From Leucoraja erinacea (taxonomy: Eukaryota), in assembly GCF_028641065.1 (NCBI RefSeq), contig NC_073383.1, positions 46,190,001-46,254,000 on the forward strand: a stretch of 64,000 nt of DNA, read 5' to 3'. The translations under genes and the position numbers were made by a program. Under the pieces are notes generated by a model that was given only the letters and a program-made list of their open reading frames with translations, ran no database searches and was not told the origin of the DNA. Positions 12,437 through 25,589 of the stretch are shown here, one piece after another. Every line of letters starts with the position of its first letter. Within the stretch, counting starts at the first letter, position 1.

Positions 12437-14286
12437 CTTTCGTGCTCTACAGCATAAGGGTTTTATTCCAAACCCTTTAATTTTACAAAGCTGTTTGTTC
12501 CAGAAAATTGGTGTATGTTAACCTTAAAACTGTCACTCATACCTGAGCATGTGTTATTACCACGGTGATTCAGCTGGTAAAAGCCATCCCAGAAACAACC
12601 TAAAGCCTCTCCTCCGCATTAACAGAAATGCTGACACTCAGATCTAGATTTCCCAGCTTCCCTTTCCTTACCCCTCCAAGGTAGTGAGATTGTCAAAGAT
12701 GCATCAGAAATGGCCAAAGACTTAGTTAAAAAAGGCCATGGGATTCCTAAAGGTCAGCCAACTCTTTTACAATTAGGTCCTGTGCCGGTTACAGCACAAT
12801 GGGGAAGTCTATGGACGTTAATGAATTCAGTTCTGGGGCAAGATAGGGGTAGGAAGGAGAGGGGAAATCATGGTGGAGTTTGGTGTGGGGCACTATAACA
12901 ATACTGCTGCTGCAGTATTAGGTCAACTTGCATTGACAAAACATAAGTGAAGTATCAAAGATCATGCAGTGTATTAATTGTGGGTATTAAAGTAATCAAA
13001 GTAGTTGATAAGGTAAATGCACAGAAATTGTGTAAGAAAACCATTCTTCACTCAAAGGGCACTGGAAATCTGAAAGCTCCATCCTTAAAAAGACAAATGA
13101 AAATTTACAAACAGAGATTAATTGCTTTTGGTGGTTAGTATGTCAAGAGTTGTGGAAAAAAATTCTTGTTTCTCTAAAACATTTCATCCTAAACCCAGTG
13201 CAACCTTGCGTTAACCAGTTACACGCTCAGTCGTTAGTGTCTGGGTGTCATTGTAATAATCACACAATTGGTGTAATTATTGTACACACTTGAGGATTAA
13301 TACTAAATCTCTACATAAACTGAACCAGCCAAGAATAAAATACCATAACAAAACCACTCTCAAAGCAATCCTTAAATTTGATAGCATTGTTTCTATCTGT
13401 TCAAATTCTTCCTGATCCGCTGTTCCACTATTCTGTTCCACTATTGGGACGAAGGATTGCTGACATGGCCAGCATCTGTTGCCCATTTCCACTGCCTTGA
13501 GAATGTGTTGGTAAATTTTGAACAACTTGTGAAGAATGAAGGGTTGAACAGCCACTTTGGAGGACAAATAAGAGCCAGTCAGGTTTGTTCAAGAATAAAA
13601 TCACATTTTAACCTGACTAAACAGCACATTTATTTCCCTAAAAGCCATTGGATCATCTCCTGGATTGAATAGTAATTAGTTTTACATTTACATTCTCTAC
13701 ATTGTTAATCCAGCAATATAATCACTTTCCACTCATGTTTTTGGGGACATTTTTCTTCTCCTTTGGAAGATGCTTTATCTAAAACCATTTACCCAACAGC
13801 TTGCAACCACTCCAACCCCCTCTCATACTGCACACGCACACTCCAACAGATTAGAATGCAAGGATTAAAAGCAAGGATCTCAGCAAGGGTTTGGGAGATC
13901 AGCTCCACATTGGTTGTTGAATGTCGTCTCAATCATCGGATGGGACTGTTCCTTTAGGTTGGTAATACATTTGGACTTTCGTCCAAGGCTCATATCATTT
14001 TATTTCGGAAACAGCCGCCCAATACTGTATAATCCCATGCTCGACAACATCTATTCCTTCTCTTGCTTGCAAGAGAAGGGAGAGAACAGTGTGTCCTTGA
14101 CCTCGAAGGGTTAACGGTGATTTGCGCCGAGGGTTTCAAGCCCTAATATCTTTGGTTTCAGGAGCGGGAATGTCTCAGAGGCCAGCTAATATTGAGGGGA
14201 CAGGGCCTGTTGTGCCATGGCCTGCGGCAGGTGTTTGGGTCGGGTTGTCTCCGCCTGCTCCGTGGTGCTGTGTGTTCATTGCTCAC

Positions 14287-14332
14287 CTAACCGAGTCAGA
14301 GTCTCTGATGCAGCCTGCCTGAGATTCTTCAT
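14287..14332 (-). CDS. CDK15: CDK15 coding exon 1
   Basis: ATG AAG AAT..TTA G|gtgagc encodes MKNLRQAASETLTRL(G), resembling the recalled teleost Cdk15 N-terminus; locally CpG-enriched. Confidence 0.82.
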
Positions 14333-14554
14333 CCCAACGACGGTGCCGGGTCTGATTCATTGACTCGGCACAACGCTTGCCCCCAGCATCCACGGCAGCC
14401 TGTCTATCCCGGCAGCTGCTGCTTCGGAACAGCACAGAGATGCCGTTGCACAGCGTTGATGTTGACTGCCCCGTGTGTGTGTGTGCTCACACTGACTATC
14501 TCTCCCTCCCGGGCATACGAGAAAATGCAGCTCTCCTCAGCATCTTACCACACA

Positions 14555-14900
14555 GGCAAACTGATGCCGGCACAGAATTTGAACAGAGCAGCCAGACTAA
14601 CCCCAGCACAGACAAATTAAAATTGTTGCTAAACAGAAGTCGCAGCACCCAAATTAATCCCAGCTCACAAGCAAACAAAGCGCAGTCATCAAACTAACCC
14701 CAGCACACAGCAAAATTAAACTCAGTGCTCAAACTAACCGCATCATATAATGTAACCCCACTTACAAAGTAACTTCATAGAAAATCCCGGCAGGCAAGCA
14801 AACTCCGGCACAGAGAGCATGTCAATTAAATAGACTGTCAAATTAATGCTCAAAATAAATTTGACACAACAAATTAGCCTCAGAACACAAACCAAGCACA
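14555..14900. repeat. Degenerate tandem repeat upstream of CDK15
   Basis: About 7 diverged copies of caaactaaccccagcaca-like units. Confidence 0.55.
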
Positions 14901-15129
14901 GACAGACACTAACTAACATCAGAACAGTCCCACCCCTAAACATGGACATACCTTTTTCTCTCAGTCTAGTTTCCACTCTAGTATTGTGGATTCTGAGATA
15001 ATCAATAAGGCCAATAAGCCACAAATCGGCTGGGGTGCCTGACGGGGTGTTTGAGCTGGTGTGCTCCTTTTGCTTCTATAGACCTTCTCCTTGCAGCTCG
15101 ACTAAATGATATTACGACAGCAATTTTTT

Positions 15130-16220
15130 CATGAGGGTGAACTCGCAGAAAGTGTCCAGCCCTGATCTGGCCTCGTTCTTAAATTCTATGTGGACCATCT
15201 GGCTGGGGTTCTCACAGACATCTTCAAACTTGCACTGCTATAATCCAAGGTCCCCACCTACTTGAAAGGATATCCATAATACCAGTACCAAAGAAAAGCA
15301 ATGACTACACAAGGCATTTACATCCTTTGCAATTAAGTGTTTTGACAGATTGGTTATAATGCAAATCAACTCAGTAATGATCTGGACCCACTTCAACTCA
15401 CCTACCAACAACACAGATCAATAGTAAATGCGATCTCGCTGGCTCTCCACTCAGAGCTGGACTACTTGAACAACAGGAACACCTATTGATGGACCTACTG
15501 GTTGATGTTCATTGACCACAACTCAGCATTCATCATCTTCATCCCTTCAAAAATCACTGACACATTTTGGGAACTGGGTTTTGGCTTCTCCTAATAACAA
15601 CTGGATTTTTGCAGTCCTCATTCACTGGCCTCAGTCAGCATAGTTTGGCAACAACACCTCCTCATCCTCTCTGAGCATCAGCACACAGTCACTCAGAGCC
15701 ATGTGCTCAGTTCCTTGCTCTACCCTCTCTTGTATACTCAAGACTATGTAGCCATTCATAGCTCCAACACCATCTTTAAATTCACCGACGATGCTACCAT
15801 CGCTGGACGAAGAACTCTACAGGTATACAATGGAGTGGATAATGACTGGTTGTATCATGGGCTGGTTCGTTAATTTGAATGCTCAAGATTAAAGGAAGCT
15901 GCAGAGTGGTAGACATTGCCTGCTTCTTCACTTAAACGGACCTCCCCACCATGAAAGAGATCTATAGAAATGCTGTCTCATGAAGCCAGATAATATCATC
16001 AAAGACCCACACCACCTTGGCCATGCTCTCCTCTTGCTGCTACCATCGGAAAGAAGGTACAGGGGCCTGAGAACCTTTACTCTAGATTCACGAGCAGGTT
16101 CCTGAACCACCCTGCACAACCCTAACCATAACCCTGTATTATCACTGAACCATTATACTTGTGCCTGTAAAAGTGCAGCAAATTGTTTCAGACCATATCC
16201 AGTACACATGACAATAGACA
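15130..16220 (+). mobile_element. Decayed Rex1/Babar-clade LINE (RT region and 3' end)
   Basis: Frameshifted RT motifs (LAGVLTDIF, IIPVPKK, LDPLQ, IFKFTDD) and Rex1-type 3' region. Confidence 0.7.
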
Positions 16221-17242
16221 CTTTCTGATACCTTCCCAACTGCCCCTTCTCAACTTTGATTGGTCATGTGCCATAGATTTCCAAGCATCGATGAGGATTT
16301 GCGATTTTTTTCAATTTGCCTTGTAATCACTTCCGATGACAGAGCTTGGAACAGAGTACCTGCTTCGTGTTTCTTCATTCTAATGATGTTGATATAAAGA
16401 ATTATCTTCACCTCCGGCCAAACTGTACAATTAAGGTTACAACAATGACACCAACCATTAATGCAGAAAATTGCCCGCATACTGCATGTCCTGTCCATAA
16501 AGAGCAAGACAAATCCAATCTAGCTAATTATCACCCAAGAAACCAGCCTAAAAAGTGCACCCATTGGTATTCGTACTTGGTATTGCTCCCAAATATTATA
16601 GTTTTTGCTGGGAAAATAAAAATTGGACATTATTTTTGTCAAATCTGACAATTTATTATTCCCAAATTTAATTTATCATATTGGCCCAATGTATGGTACC
16701 TAATGAAACTGAAATGGGGCCAAATCGAAATGTTTAATCAATACTTTCTATCTCTAGTAATGCATTTGACAGAAAGAGTTTGCTGTTTTTCTGAACAAAA
16801 TGAAAGGATAATTTCCATTGTATATTCCATAAAATTGTACCATAGGTATATCTGGCCTCATAATGTTAGGTAGATACAAAAGAGATACAAGACCATCCAT
16901 AAAGCTATTCTACTTTAAGTCATGAAAAGTGTAATTAGATATATTTTATTAATTATTTTCTCAGGGAACCTTGTGTACTGGTCTATAAAATGAACAAAGA
17001 TTTGTAAGTTGTAAGTTGGACCACCAGCCATGTCACTAAAAATGAATGATTTTTCAGCGTGGTAGCGTGCCTAATTACGTGAAGTAAAAGGGCACACACT
17101 TTTATTTCTCAACAGAACACCATAGAATGGTCTGAAAAAGGATCCTGACCTGAAACGTTCCCTATCCATGTTCTCCAGAGATGCTGCTTGACCCGCTGAG
17201 TTATTCCAGAATTTATTTTTACCTTTCATAAACCTGCTTCTG

Positions 17243-18072
17243 TAGTGGATAAATGTGAGGTTATCCATTTTGGTGGCAAAAACAGGAAAGCAGACTATTA
17301 TCTAAATGGTGGCCGACTATGAAAAGGGAAGATGCTGCGAGACCTGGGTGTCATGGTACACCAGTCATTGAAAGTAGGCATGCAGGTGCAGCAGGCAGTG
17401 AAGAAAGCGAATGGTATGTTAGCTTTCATAGCAAAAGGTTTTGAGTATAGGAGCAGGGAGGTTCTACTGCAGTTGTACAGGGTCTTGGTGAGACCACACC
17501 TGGAGTATTGCGTACAGTTTTGGTCTCCAAATCTGAGGAAGGACATTATTGCCATAGAGGGAGTGCAGAGATGGTTCACCAGACTGATTCCTGGGATGTC
17601 AGGACTGTCTTATGAAGAAAGACTGGATAGACTTGGTTTATACTCTTTAGAATTTAGGAGATTGAGAGGGGATCTTATAGAAACTTACAAAATGCTTAAG
17701 GGGTTGGACAGGCTCGATGCAGGAAGATTGCTCCCGATGTTGGGGAAGTCCAGGACAAGGGTCACAGCTTAAGGATAAGGGGGAAATGTGACCTTTAAAA
17801 CCGAGATGAGAAGAACTTTTTTCACACAGAGAGTGGTGAATCTCTGGAACTCTCTGCCGCAGAGGGTATTCGAGGCCAGTTCATTGGCTATATTTAAGAG
17901 GGAGTTAGATGTGGCCCTTGTGGCTAAGGGGATTAGAGGGTATGGAGAGAAGGCAGGTACGGGATACTGAGTTGGATGTACACAAAAAAGTTGGATGATC
18001 AGCCATGATCATATTGAATGGCGGTGCAGGCTCGAAGGGCCGAATGGCCTACTCCTGCACCTAATTTCTATG
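17243..18072 (+). mobile_element. Young CR1 LINE 3' fragment
   Basis: ORF 17332-17772 [21 protein letters not shown] is the CR1 RT C-terminus; intact 3' tail. Confidence 0.93.
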
Positions 18073-18210
18073 TAGTTCCTTTTTTTAAACCATGAAATGG
18101 TTAATGCAACACAGAAGACAACTCAGGGAACTCACACAAAATTTGACTGTGATTATCAAAGAAAATTAAAGCATACAGATATTTTTGATCCTCCAAGTAA
18201 TATTTCACAA

Positions 18211-18402
18211 TGTGTAGGATGGAACTGCAGGTGCTGATTTACACCGAAGATAGGAAACAAAATGCTGGAGTAAATTCAACGGGACAGGCAGCATCTCTGG
18301 AGAACGGATGGGTAATGTTTCAAGTTTTCCAGTCTGAAGAAGAGTCTCGACCCGAAACCTCGCCCATTCCCACTCTCCAGAGATGCTGCCGCTGAGTTAC
18401 TC
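18211..18402. mobile_element. Penelope-derived fold-back element with hammerhead motif (18334-18361)
   Basis: Inverted arms ggcagcatctctggag / ctccagagatgctgcc around CTGAAGA..GAAAC. Confidence 0.7.
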
Positions 18403-18579
18403 TAATATCTCACAAATGTTAAGTATTTAAACATTGTCTTTGAAATGGAGGCATCTGCTTTTGATTACTGTGAAAGCTGGAGGTTTGTGCTTGCTGAATC
18501 GGTGCCGAGGAATAAACTTCAAAATAAGGCCACCGATAAACCTGATACCTTCTGTCTCCCTCTCACACTTCTTTCTCAC

Positions 18580-19310
18580 TCAGTCACGACTGATGGGGCA
18601 TGTTCTACCCAGCGGGCTACTCGCGGCTGCACCCGCCCTATTAACCAAAGATTATAGAGGAGCTCCTCTAGTATCTTTGCTATAAACTGATAACTGTTAA
18701 CTGCAAACTATTAACGCCGCCGCCCGTAATGCTGGGATGAGTCAATTCTCCATAGCCGCCTCTCACTCTGCTATAGGATCTTTGCTTGGAAGAGCGAGAG
18801 AGGTCCAGCATCCAGGGGGGCGGGTCGGTCGGCTGGCGGCTGATCCAGGGGATTGTGAAATCCAAATCCATAACCACGGGTATAGTTGCATCCAGCGTGC
18901 GCCACGGTGGCTGGATACCCGGATGGTTTACAATGTGACGCCGGCCGTGTTGTTACCGCCGGCCCGGTAAGAGTGTGACACTGGTTCCCGCAGCCAATGG
19001 CCTGCGCGAATGGAACGGGGTGGCCGAGGGCCGTGGTCCAATGAGGTTGCCGATGGAGCCAAGCCGGAGGCCGGCTCGTGGATGTTATTGAGGCGGCGGA
19101 ATGCGGCGAGCCGCCGGCAGCGGGCCGCTGCTCCGGGCTTGACCGCACGCCTCGGCCACACTTCGGCCCGTCGACGCAGCTGCAGCCACTGCAGGCCACA
19201 CAGGTAGGAGCCGGGATCATGCGGAGAGGAGAGCGCACCGGTGGGACAGGCAATGGAAAGAGACGGGTCGGGTCGGGTCGGATGTGCGCCTAGGCCACGG
19301 GGTTAACGCA
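18580..19310 (+). promoter_or_regulatory. CpG-island promoter of HYCC2 with CCAAT boxes and a non-coding first exon ending near 19203
   Basis: High CpG density in a CpG-depleted window; CCAAT at ~18994 and ~19038; donor CAG|gtagga at 19203/19204; additional donor CCG|gtaaga at 18966. Confidence 0.7.
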
Positions 19311-19429
19311 CAAGGGCAGAGTGGAGAGAAGAGGGTGAATGGGTGGGGAGAATGAATGGGAAGTAAGTGTGTGTGTGTGTGTTGGGTAAACACCAGAGAT
19401 TGCAGATACTGCAATCGTGAGTAAAACGT

Positions 19430-19635
19430 ATCACAAAAGTGCTGGTGGAACTCAGCAAGTCAGGCAGCATCTGAGAACGGAATGGGCGGACGACGTTTAT
19501 GGGTTGGACCCTTCTCCAGACTCCAGGCAAGGTTTAGGCAGGAGATAGACTCAAAAAGCTGGAGTAACTCAGCGGGACAGGCAGCATCTCTGGAGAGAAG
19601 GAATGGGTGACGTTACGGATTCGAGACCCTTCAGG
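19430..19635 (-). mobile_element. Two tandem Penelope-derived tail copies
   Basis: acaaaa-gctggagtaactcagcgggacaggcagcatct-like sequence twice, each followed by a degenerate reverse hammerhead. Confidence 0.7.
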
Positions 19636-20193
19636 TTTAGGCAGGGTCAGCTACTATCCGAAGTGGAGTGTTCCGATCTCTGATCCGTTCCAAATAGTTG
19701 GCCCATGCCCTGCTATTCCTGTGATGACTGTTCGTTGATGTGTTCCAGTTGAATCGTACTTCCTCTGTATCGTCTGATCTACACACGGTATTGCATTTTT
19801 CTGTTGCACGTCGAAGATAATCATTAACAGTATTTGTTGGGGGGGCGGGTCTGGGGCTGGAGAGAGAGAGAGCAGAGGTTACATGCACAGACTGGTTGCA
19901 CTGTTCAGGGACAAGGTATAATAAACACCTGATTGCTGTGACCGTGACGTTTGGCATCTGTGCTGTATAAGTTCAGTTCTCATTATAAGCTGCTGCACAA
20001 TTTTATGTTTGTTTATTGTCAGGTGGCTAACTGTTCTATAAGGCATCACACATTCTTGGAAACGTAGTAGATGTAGTAGTGATGTGAATTTTAATTGAAA
20101 TCCTTGTTTACACTACTCTTTATCTTGACCTTCCCTGTATTTCTCTCCAGCAGTTTCTTTTTGCTTAGGATTTCAGCATCTACTGTCCCTTGT

Positions 20194-22604
20194 AACATAG
20201 AAAATAGGTGCAGTAGCCCATTCGGCCCTTTGAGCCTGCACCGCAATTCAATATGATCATGGCTGATCATCCAACTCAGCATCCTGTGCCTGCCTTCTCT
20301 CCATGCCCCCTGATCCCTTTAGCCACAAGGGCTACATCTAACTCCCTCTTAAATATAGCCAATGAACTGGCCTCAACTACCTTCTGTGGCAGAGAATTCC
20401 ACAAATTCACTCTCTGTGTAAAAAATGATTTTCTCATCTCGGTCCCAAAAGACCGAGATGAGATCCTTAAACTGTGACCCCTTGTTCTGGACTTCCCCAA
20501 CATCGGGAACAATCTCCCTGCACCTACCCTGTCCAGCCCCTTAAGAATTTTGGAAGTTTCTATAAGATCCCCCCTCAATCTTCTAAATTCTAGCGAGTAC
20601 AAGCCCAGTCTATCCACTTTCTTCATATGAAAGTCCTGCCATCCCAGCAAGAATGTCTTTCCTCAGATTAGGAGACCAAAACTGTACACAATACTCCAGG
20701 TGTGGTCTCACCAAGGCCCTGTACAACTGCATTAGAACCTCCCTGCTCCTATACTCAAATCCTTTTGCTATGAATGCTAACATACCATTCGCTTTCTTCA
20801 CTGCCTGCTGCACCTGCATACCTACTTTCAATGAATGGTGTACCATGACACCCAGGTCTCGTTGCATCTCCCCTTTTCCTCATCGGCCACCATTCAGATA
20901 ATAGTCTACTTTCCTGTTCTTGCCACCAAAGTGGATAACCTCACATTTATCCACATTATACTGTATCTGCCTTGCATTTGCCCACTCACCCAACCTATCC
21001 AAGTCACCTTGCAGCCTCCTAGCATCCTCCTCACAGCTAACACTGCCCCCCCAGCTTCGTGTCATCCGCAAACCTGGAGATGTTGCATTCAATTCCCTCG
21101 TCCAAATCATTAATATATATTGTAAATAGCTGGGGTCCCAGCACTGAGCCTTGCGGTACCCCACTAGTCACTGCCTGCCATTGTCAAAAGGACCCGTTTA
21201 CTCCTACTCTTTGCTTACTGTCTGCCAGCCAGTTCTCTATCCACATCAATATTGAACCCCCAATACCGTGTGCTTTAAGTTTGTATACTAATCTCATATG
21301 TGGGACCTTGTCGAAAGCCTTCTGAAAGTCCAGATATAACACATCCACTGGTTCTCCCTTATCCACTCTACTAGTTACACCCTCGAAAAATCCTATAAGA
21401 TTCGCCAGACATGATTTACCTTTCATAAATCCATGCTGACTTTGTCCAATGATTTCACCACTTTCCAAATGTGCTGCTATCCCATCTTTAATAACTGACT
21501 AGCATTTTCCCTACTACCGATTTTAGACTAACTGGTCTGTAATTCCCCGTTTTCTCTCTCCCTCCCTTTTTAAAAAGTGGGGTTACATTAGCTACCCTCC
21601 AATCCTCAGGAACTACTCCAGAATCTAAAGAGTTTTTGAAAAATTATCACTAATGCATCCATTATTTCTGGGGCTACTTCCTTAAGTACTCTGGGATGCA
21701 GCCTACCTGGCCCTGGGGATTTATCGGCCTTTGATCCATTCAATTTACCTAACACCACTTCCCGACTAACCTGGATTTTACTCAGTTCCTCCATCTCATT
21801 TGACCCCTGGTCCCCTGCTATTTCCGGCAGATTATTTATGTCTTCCTTAGTGAACACAGAACCAAAGTAGTTATTCAATTGGTCTGCTATGTCCTTGTTC
21901 CCCATGATCAATTCACCTGTTTCTGACTGCAAGGGACCTACATTTGTTTTAACTAATCTTTTTCTCTTCACATATCTATAAAAACCTTTGCAGTCAGTTT
22001 TTATGTTCCCTGCCAGTTTTCTTTCATAATCTATTTTCCCTTTCCTAATTAAGCCCTTTGTCCTCCTCTGCTGCACTCTGAATTTCTCCCAGTCCTCTGG
22101 TAGGCTGCTTTTTCTGGCTAATTTGTATGCTTCATCTTTTGTTTTGATACTATCCCTGATTTCCCTTGTTATCAACGGATGCACTACCTTCCCTGATTTA
22201 TTCTTTTGCCAAACTGGGATGAACAATTGTTGTAGTTCATCCATGCAGCCTTTAAATGCCTTCCATTGCATATCCACCGTCAACCCTTTAAGAATCATTT
22301 GCCAGTCTATCTTGGCCAATTCACGTCTCATACACTCAAAGTTGCCTTTCTTTAAGTTCAGAACCCTTGTTTCTGAATTAACTATGTCACTCTCCATCCT
22401 AATGAAGAACTCAACCATATTATGGTCACTCTTGCCCAAGGAGCCACGCACAACAAGACTGCTAACTAACCCTTCCTCTTGACTCAATACCCAGTCTAGA
22501 ATAGCCTGCTCTCTCATTGGTTCCTCTACATGTTGGTTTAGAAAACTATCCCGCATACATTCCAAGAAATCCTCTTCCTCAGCACCCCTGCCAATTTGAT
22601 TCAC
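20194..22604 (-). mobile_element. CR1 LINE, ~2.4 kb 5'-truncated copy (end of endonuclease plus RT, frameshifted, internal deletion)
   Basis: ORFs 21606-22604, 21184-21468, 20610-20867 and 20276-20650 carry SDHNMVEF, KSPGP, YLDFQKAFDKVPH and [11 protein letters not shown]; 3' tail at ~20194. Confidence 0.95.
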
Positions 22605-22699
22605 TCCCTTCCTTTCACCATGTGCAGTTTTAATTTAAAGGCAAGAATAAACTGCAACTTTTTTCAACACAACATCAGGTATCTCATTGAATGCAAGTA

Positions 22700-23720
22700 A
22701 ATAGGAACACGAATGGTCACGGCCTTCAAGCCTGTAATGCCATCAGTAAGATCATAGCTGATTTATGTTGGTCTCAATTCCTCCCCTGTGCCATTTCTCT
22801 ATACCCCACTACTCTTTGATCTATCAAATATTTATTAACCTCCTCTTTAAACACTTCAAATGATCATATTTTCTGCTGGGGCAGAGAATTCCATCGATTT
22901 GCCACCCTCTGTGAGATGAAATTTCTGAGTGCCTCAGTTTCAAATGACGGGTCCCTTATCTTGTGGTTATGTCTCCTTGTTTGATTACTCTCCCACTCGT
23001 AAGAACATTTCAGCATTCACCCGGTCAAGTCCCCATAGGATCTTGTGTTTGAATAGGTCATCCTTCATTCTTCTAAACTCTATAGTCTAAAGGAACATGG
23101 GTCTCATCAGCCCTCTCATCCATGAGTATGATGCATCTCCTTTGTATTTACTCCAGTGTTACCATACCTTTTTTTAGATAAGGGGACCAAAACTGTATGC
23201 AGTATTCCAGATGAGGCCTCACGAACGCTCTGTGCAATTGCAATAAAAATGACCTGTGTTTTTAAACTCCAACTCTTTTGCTGTGAAGACTAAAATGCCA
23301 TTAGCTTTTTTAACACTTGTTTCAAAAGGACCCACTTATTCCAACTCTTTTTTTCCCCCATGAAACAGCCAGTTTGCAATCCATTCAAAAACACTTTTTT
23401 TCCGAGACCTCGGACCTTTAACTTATCAACCAGCCTCCTATGTGGCACCTAGTCAAATGATTTTTGGAAATCTAAACATAGTATCTCTACAGGGCTTCCT
23501 TTATCAATTGTTCCTGTTACATTCTCAAAGAATTTGAGTCAACATATCAATCATAATTTATTTTCTTAAAACCATTTTAACTTTATTTAATTATTTTCCA
23601 CTTTCCTAAATGATTAACTACTTTCTCTTTTGATTATTCTGCAGCTTCGTGGCAGTAATAGCTGTTAAACTAACTAATCGATAGTCCTCGGCCTTTGACT
23701 GCTGTCCTCCTTTGTTTTAA
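22700..23720 (-). mobile_element. Older, heavily decayed CR1 copy next to the young one
   Basis: Diverged reverse-strand CR1 3' UTR and RT remnants (gaccaaaactgtatgcagtattccag). Confidence 0.65.
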
Positions 23721-25589
23721 ACACCGCTATCGAGATTTGGAATGCAGACTGATCTTCTATCAGATATAACAGCTTAAAAAATAAATTATTGCTAGTCTCA
23801 AGTCCAAGGTGACATGAGAAATCTCTTCAATTATTGTCCCTGCACCTGCAGGAAAGTTATGAGCCTTGAGCAGCTTTTAGCTATTTGATCTGAAGTGTTA
23901 AGATTGTTTGTCATGGGAGGGGGGGGGGAGTGTTTGTTTTAATCACGGCATCAGCTTTCCCCACTGAGTTTGACTTTGGTTCCTGGAATGGAGTTTTGGT
24001 CCAATCAAGAATAAATGTAATGATTGCTATCTGAAAGCATCATTCTGATAGGTCTTTGTGTCATCTTGTTTTGGGTTGTAGGTTAGTTTATTGTCACGCG
24101 TACAGGTACAGTGAAAAGCTTTTGTTGCATGCTGACCAGTCAGCAGACAGACAATACATGATTGCAATCGAGCTATCCACAATATACAGATACATGATAA
24201 AGGGAATAATATTTAGTGCAAGGTAAAGTCCCATTAAAGTTAGCCCATGGGTCTCCAATGAGGTAGATAGTATCTCAGGGCCACTCTAGTTATTGATAGA
24301 ATGATTCAGGTGTCTGATAATAGATGGGAAGAAACTGTTGTTGAATCTAGAACTGGCCATTAATCTGTTGTTAGATGTAACGTTAAGTGCAGACCACTCT
24401 GGTTGCTAACCTCTGCTGCTCCTGGACTGAAGCCCCTTAGACAATTTTCATAGTTTGCATAATTTATTGGCAAAACATCTCAAAGGTGGAATGCTTGCAA
24501 CTGCATATATGTAGCATGGTTATAGTAGTCCTTCTGGATCATATGATGAACCCGGCAGCTGTATGATTCTAGTTTCTATAGGCAACTTGAACTTTGTATG
24601 TGTCACTCTGTGAAAAATGGACTGGACTTTGCCAGGAGTCTGCCAACATCAGTATAATTTTAACTGAACATGGACAGCATGAAGATTTGGATTAGATTCA
24701 GACTCAACTTTAATTGTTATTGTCAGTGTACAGTACAGAGACAACCTACAGTCGCACTCCATATCTCTGGTGAAAACCATGCACGCAGCTCAGGCCAGCA
24801 GCTTGTGCTGTGTGGAGAATTAGAGTTGGCATGTGCGCATTTCACTAAGTTCACTAAGTATCATGCGGATCAGATACATTAATTAACATTTTGTGCTTTG
24901 TTCTAGTGGTACAATTTATCTTGAACCCTCTGGGTCACTGGCTTGTAACATATTGTGGGAGTATATGCATCATCAAAATAGCGTTGCCTTTTCAGGGGTG
25001 CAACTTTCCATTCTAATGAGGATGAGTGGGTGGATCTTGATAGTGCTGCCACTTGGTACACTTCTTTTGTGTGGACTCAACCCAACAGTAACCTCAAAGT
25101 GAGGTCCCACTAGATAAAACTGCTGAAATTGGATGGATCATTGTTTTTATGCTTCTCTCCAGAGATGCTGTCTATCCCGCTGAGCTACTCCAGCATTTTG
25201 TGTCTACCTTTTTTTATACAACCGGTTTGCCGTTTAAACACCCTATCCAATAGCACCACGGGAAAACCTCCTAGAAAGGCTGCAGTGGGTCAAGGAGGCA
25301 GCTCACTGCCAACCTCTCAGGCAATTGGGAATAAGCAGTAAATGGTGACTTCTTATTGATGCTTGTTTTGATACAGGCCTAAGAGAAACTTGAAGGAGTC
25401 GAGGCATGAAAATTCCAGCTGCTGTTTATGGGTATTTTAATGTGATGTACATTCCACCACTTAACACATCGATTCATCCAATTTCAGCTGGCTTATGTTA
25501 GGGCAATTCACTTTTAGAGGTTACTGTTGGCTTCAGTCCTTGTATTTTTTTTTAAAAACATGTACCCAGAGGGGCAGTACTATCAAAAT

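Noticed and set aside
12543-12599. 57-bp frame-preserving candidate cassette exon of CDK15 with donor CAG|gtatga
   Set aside because: The acceptor is purine-rich with no polypyrimidine tract, there is no in-frame ATG and no homology support
18771-19293. Overlapping ORFs in the CpG island, including a search for NDUFB3
   Set aside because: Expected in GC-rich DNA; no recognisable protein motifs and no NDUFB3-like peptide seen
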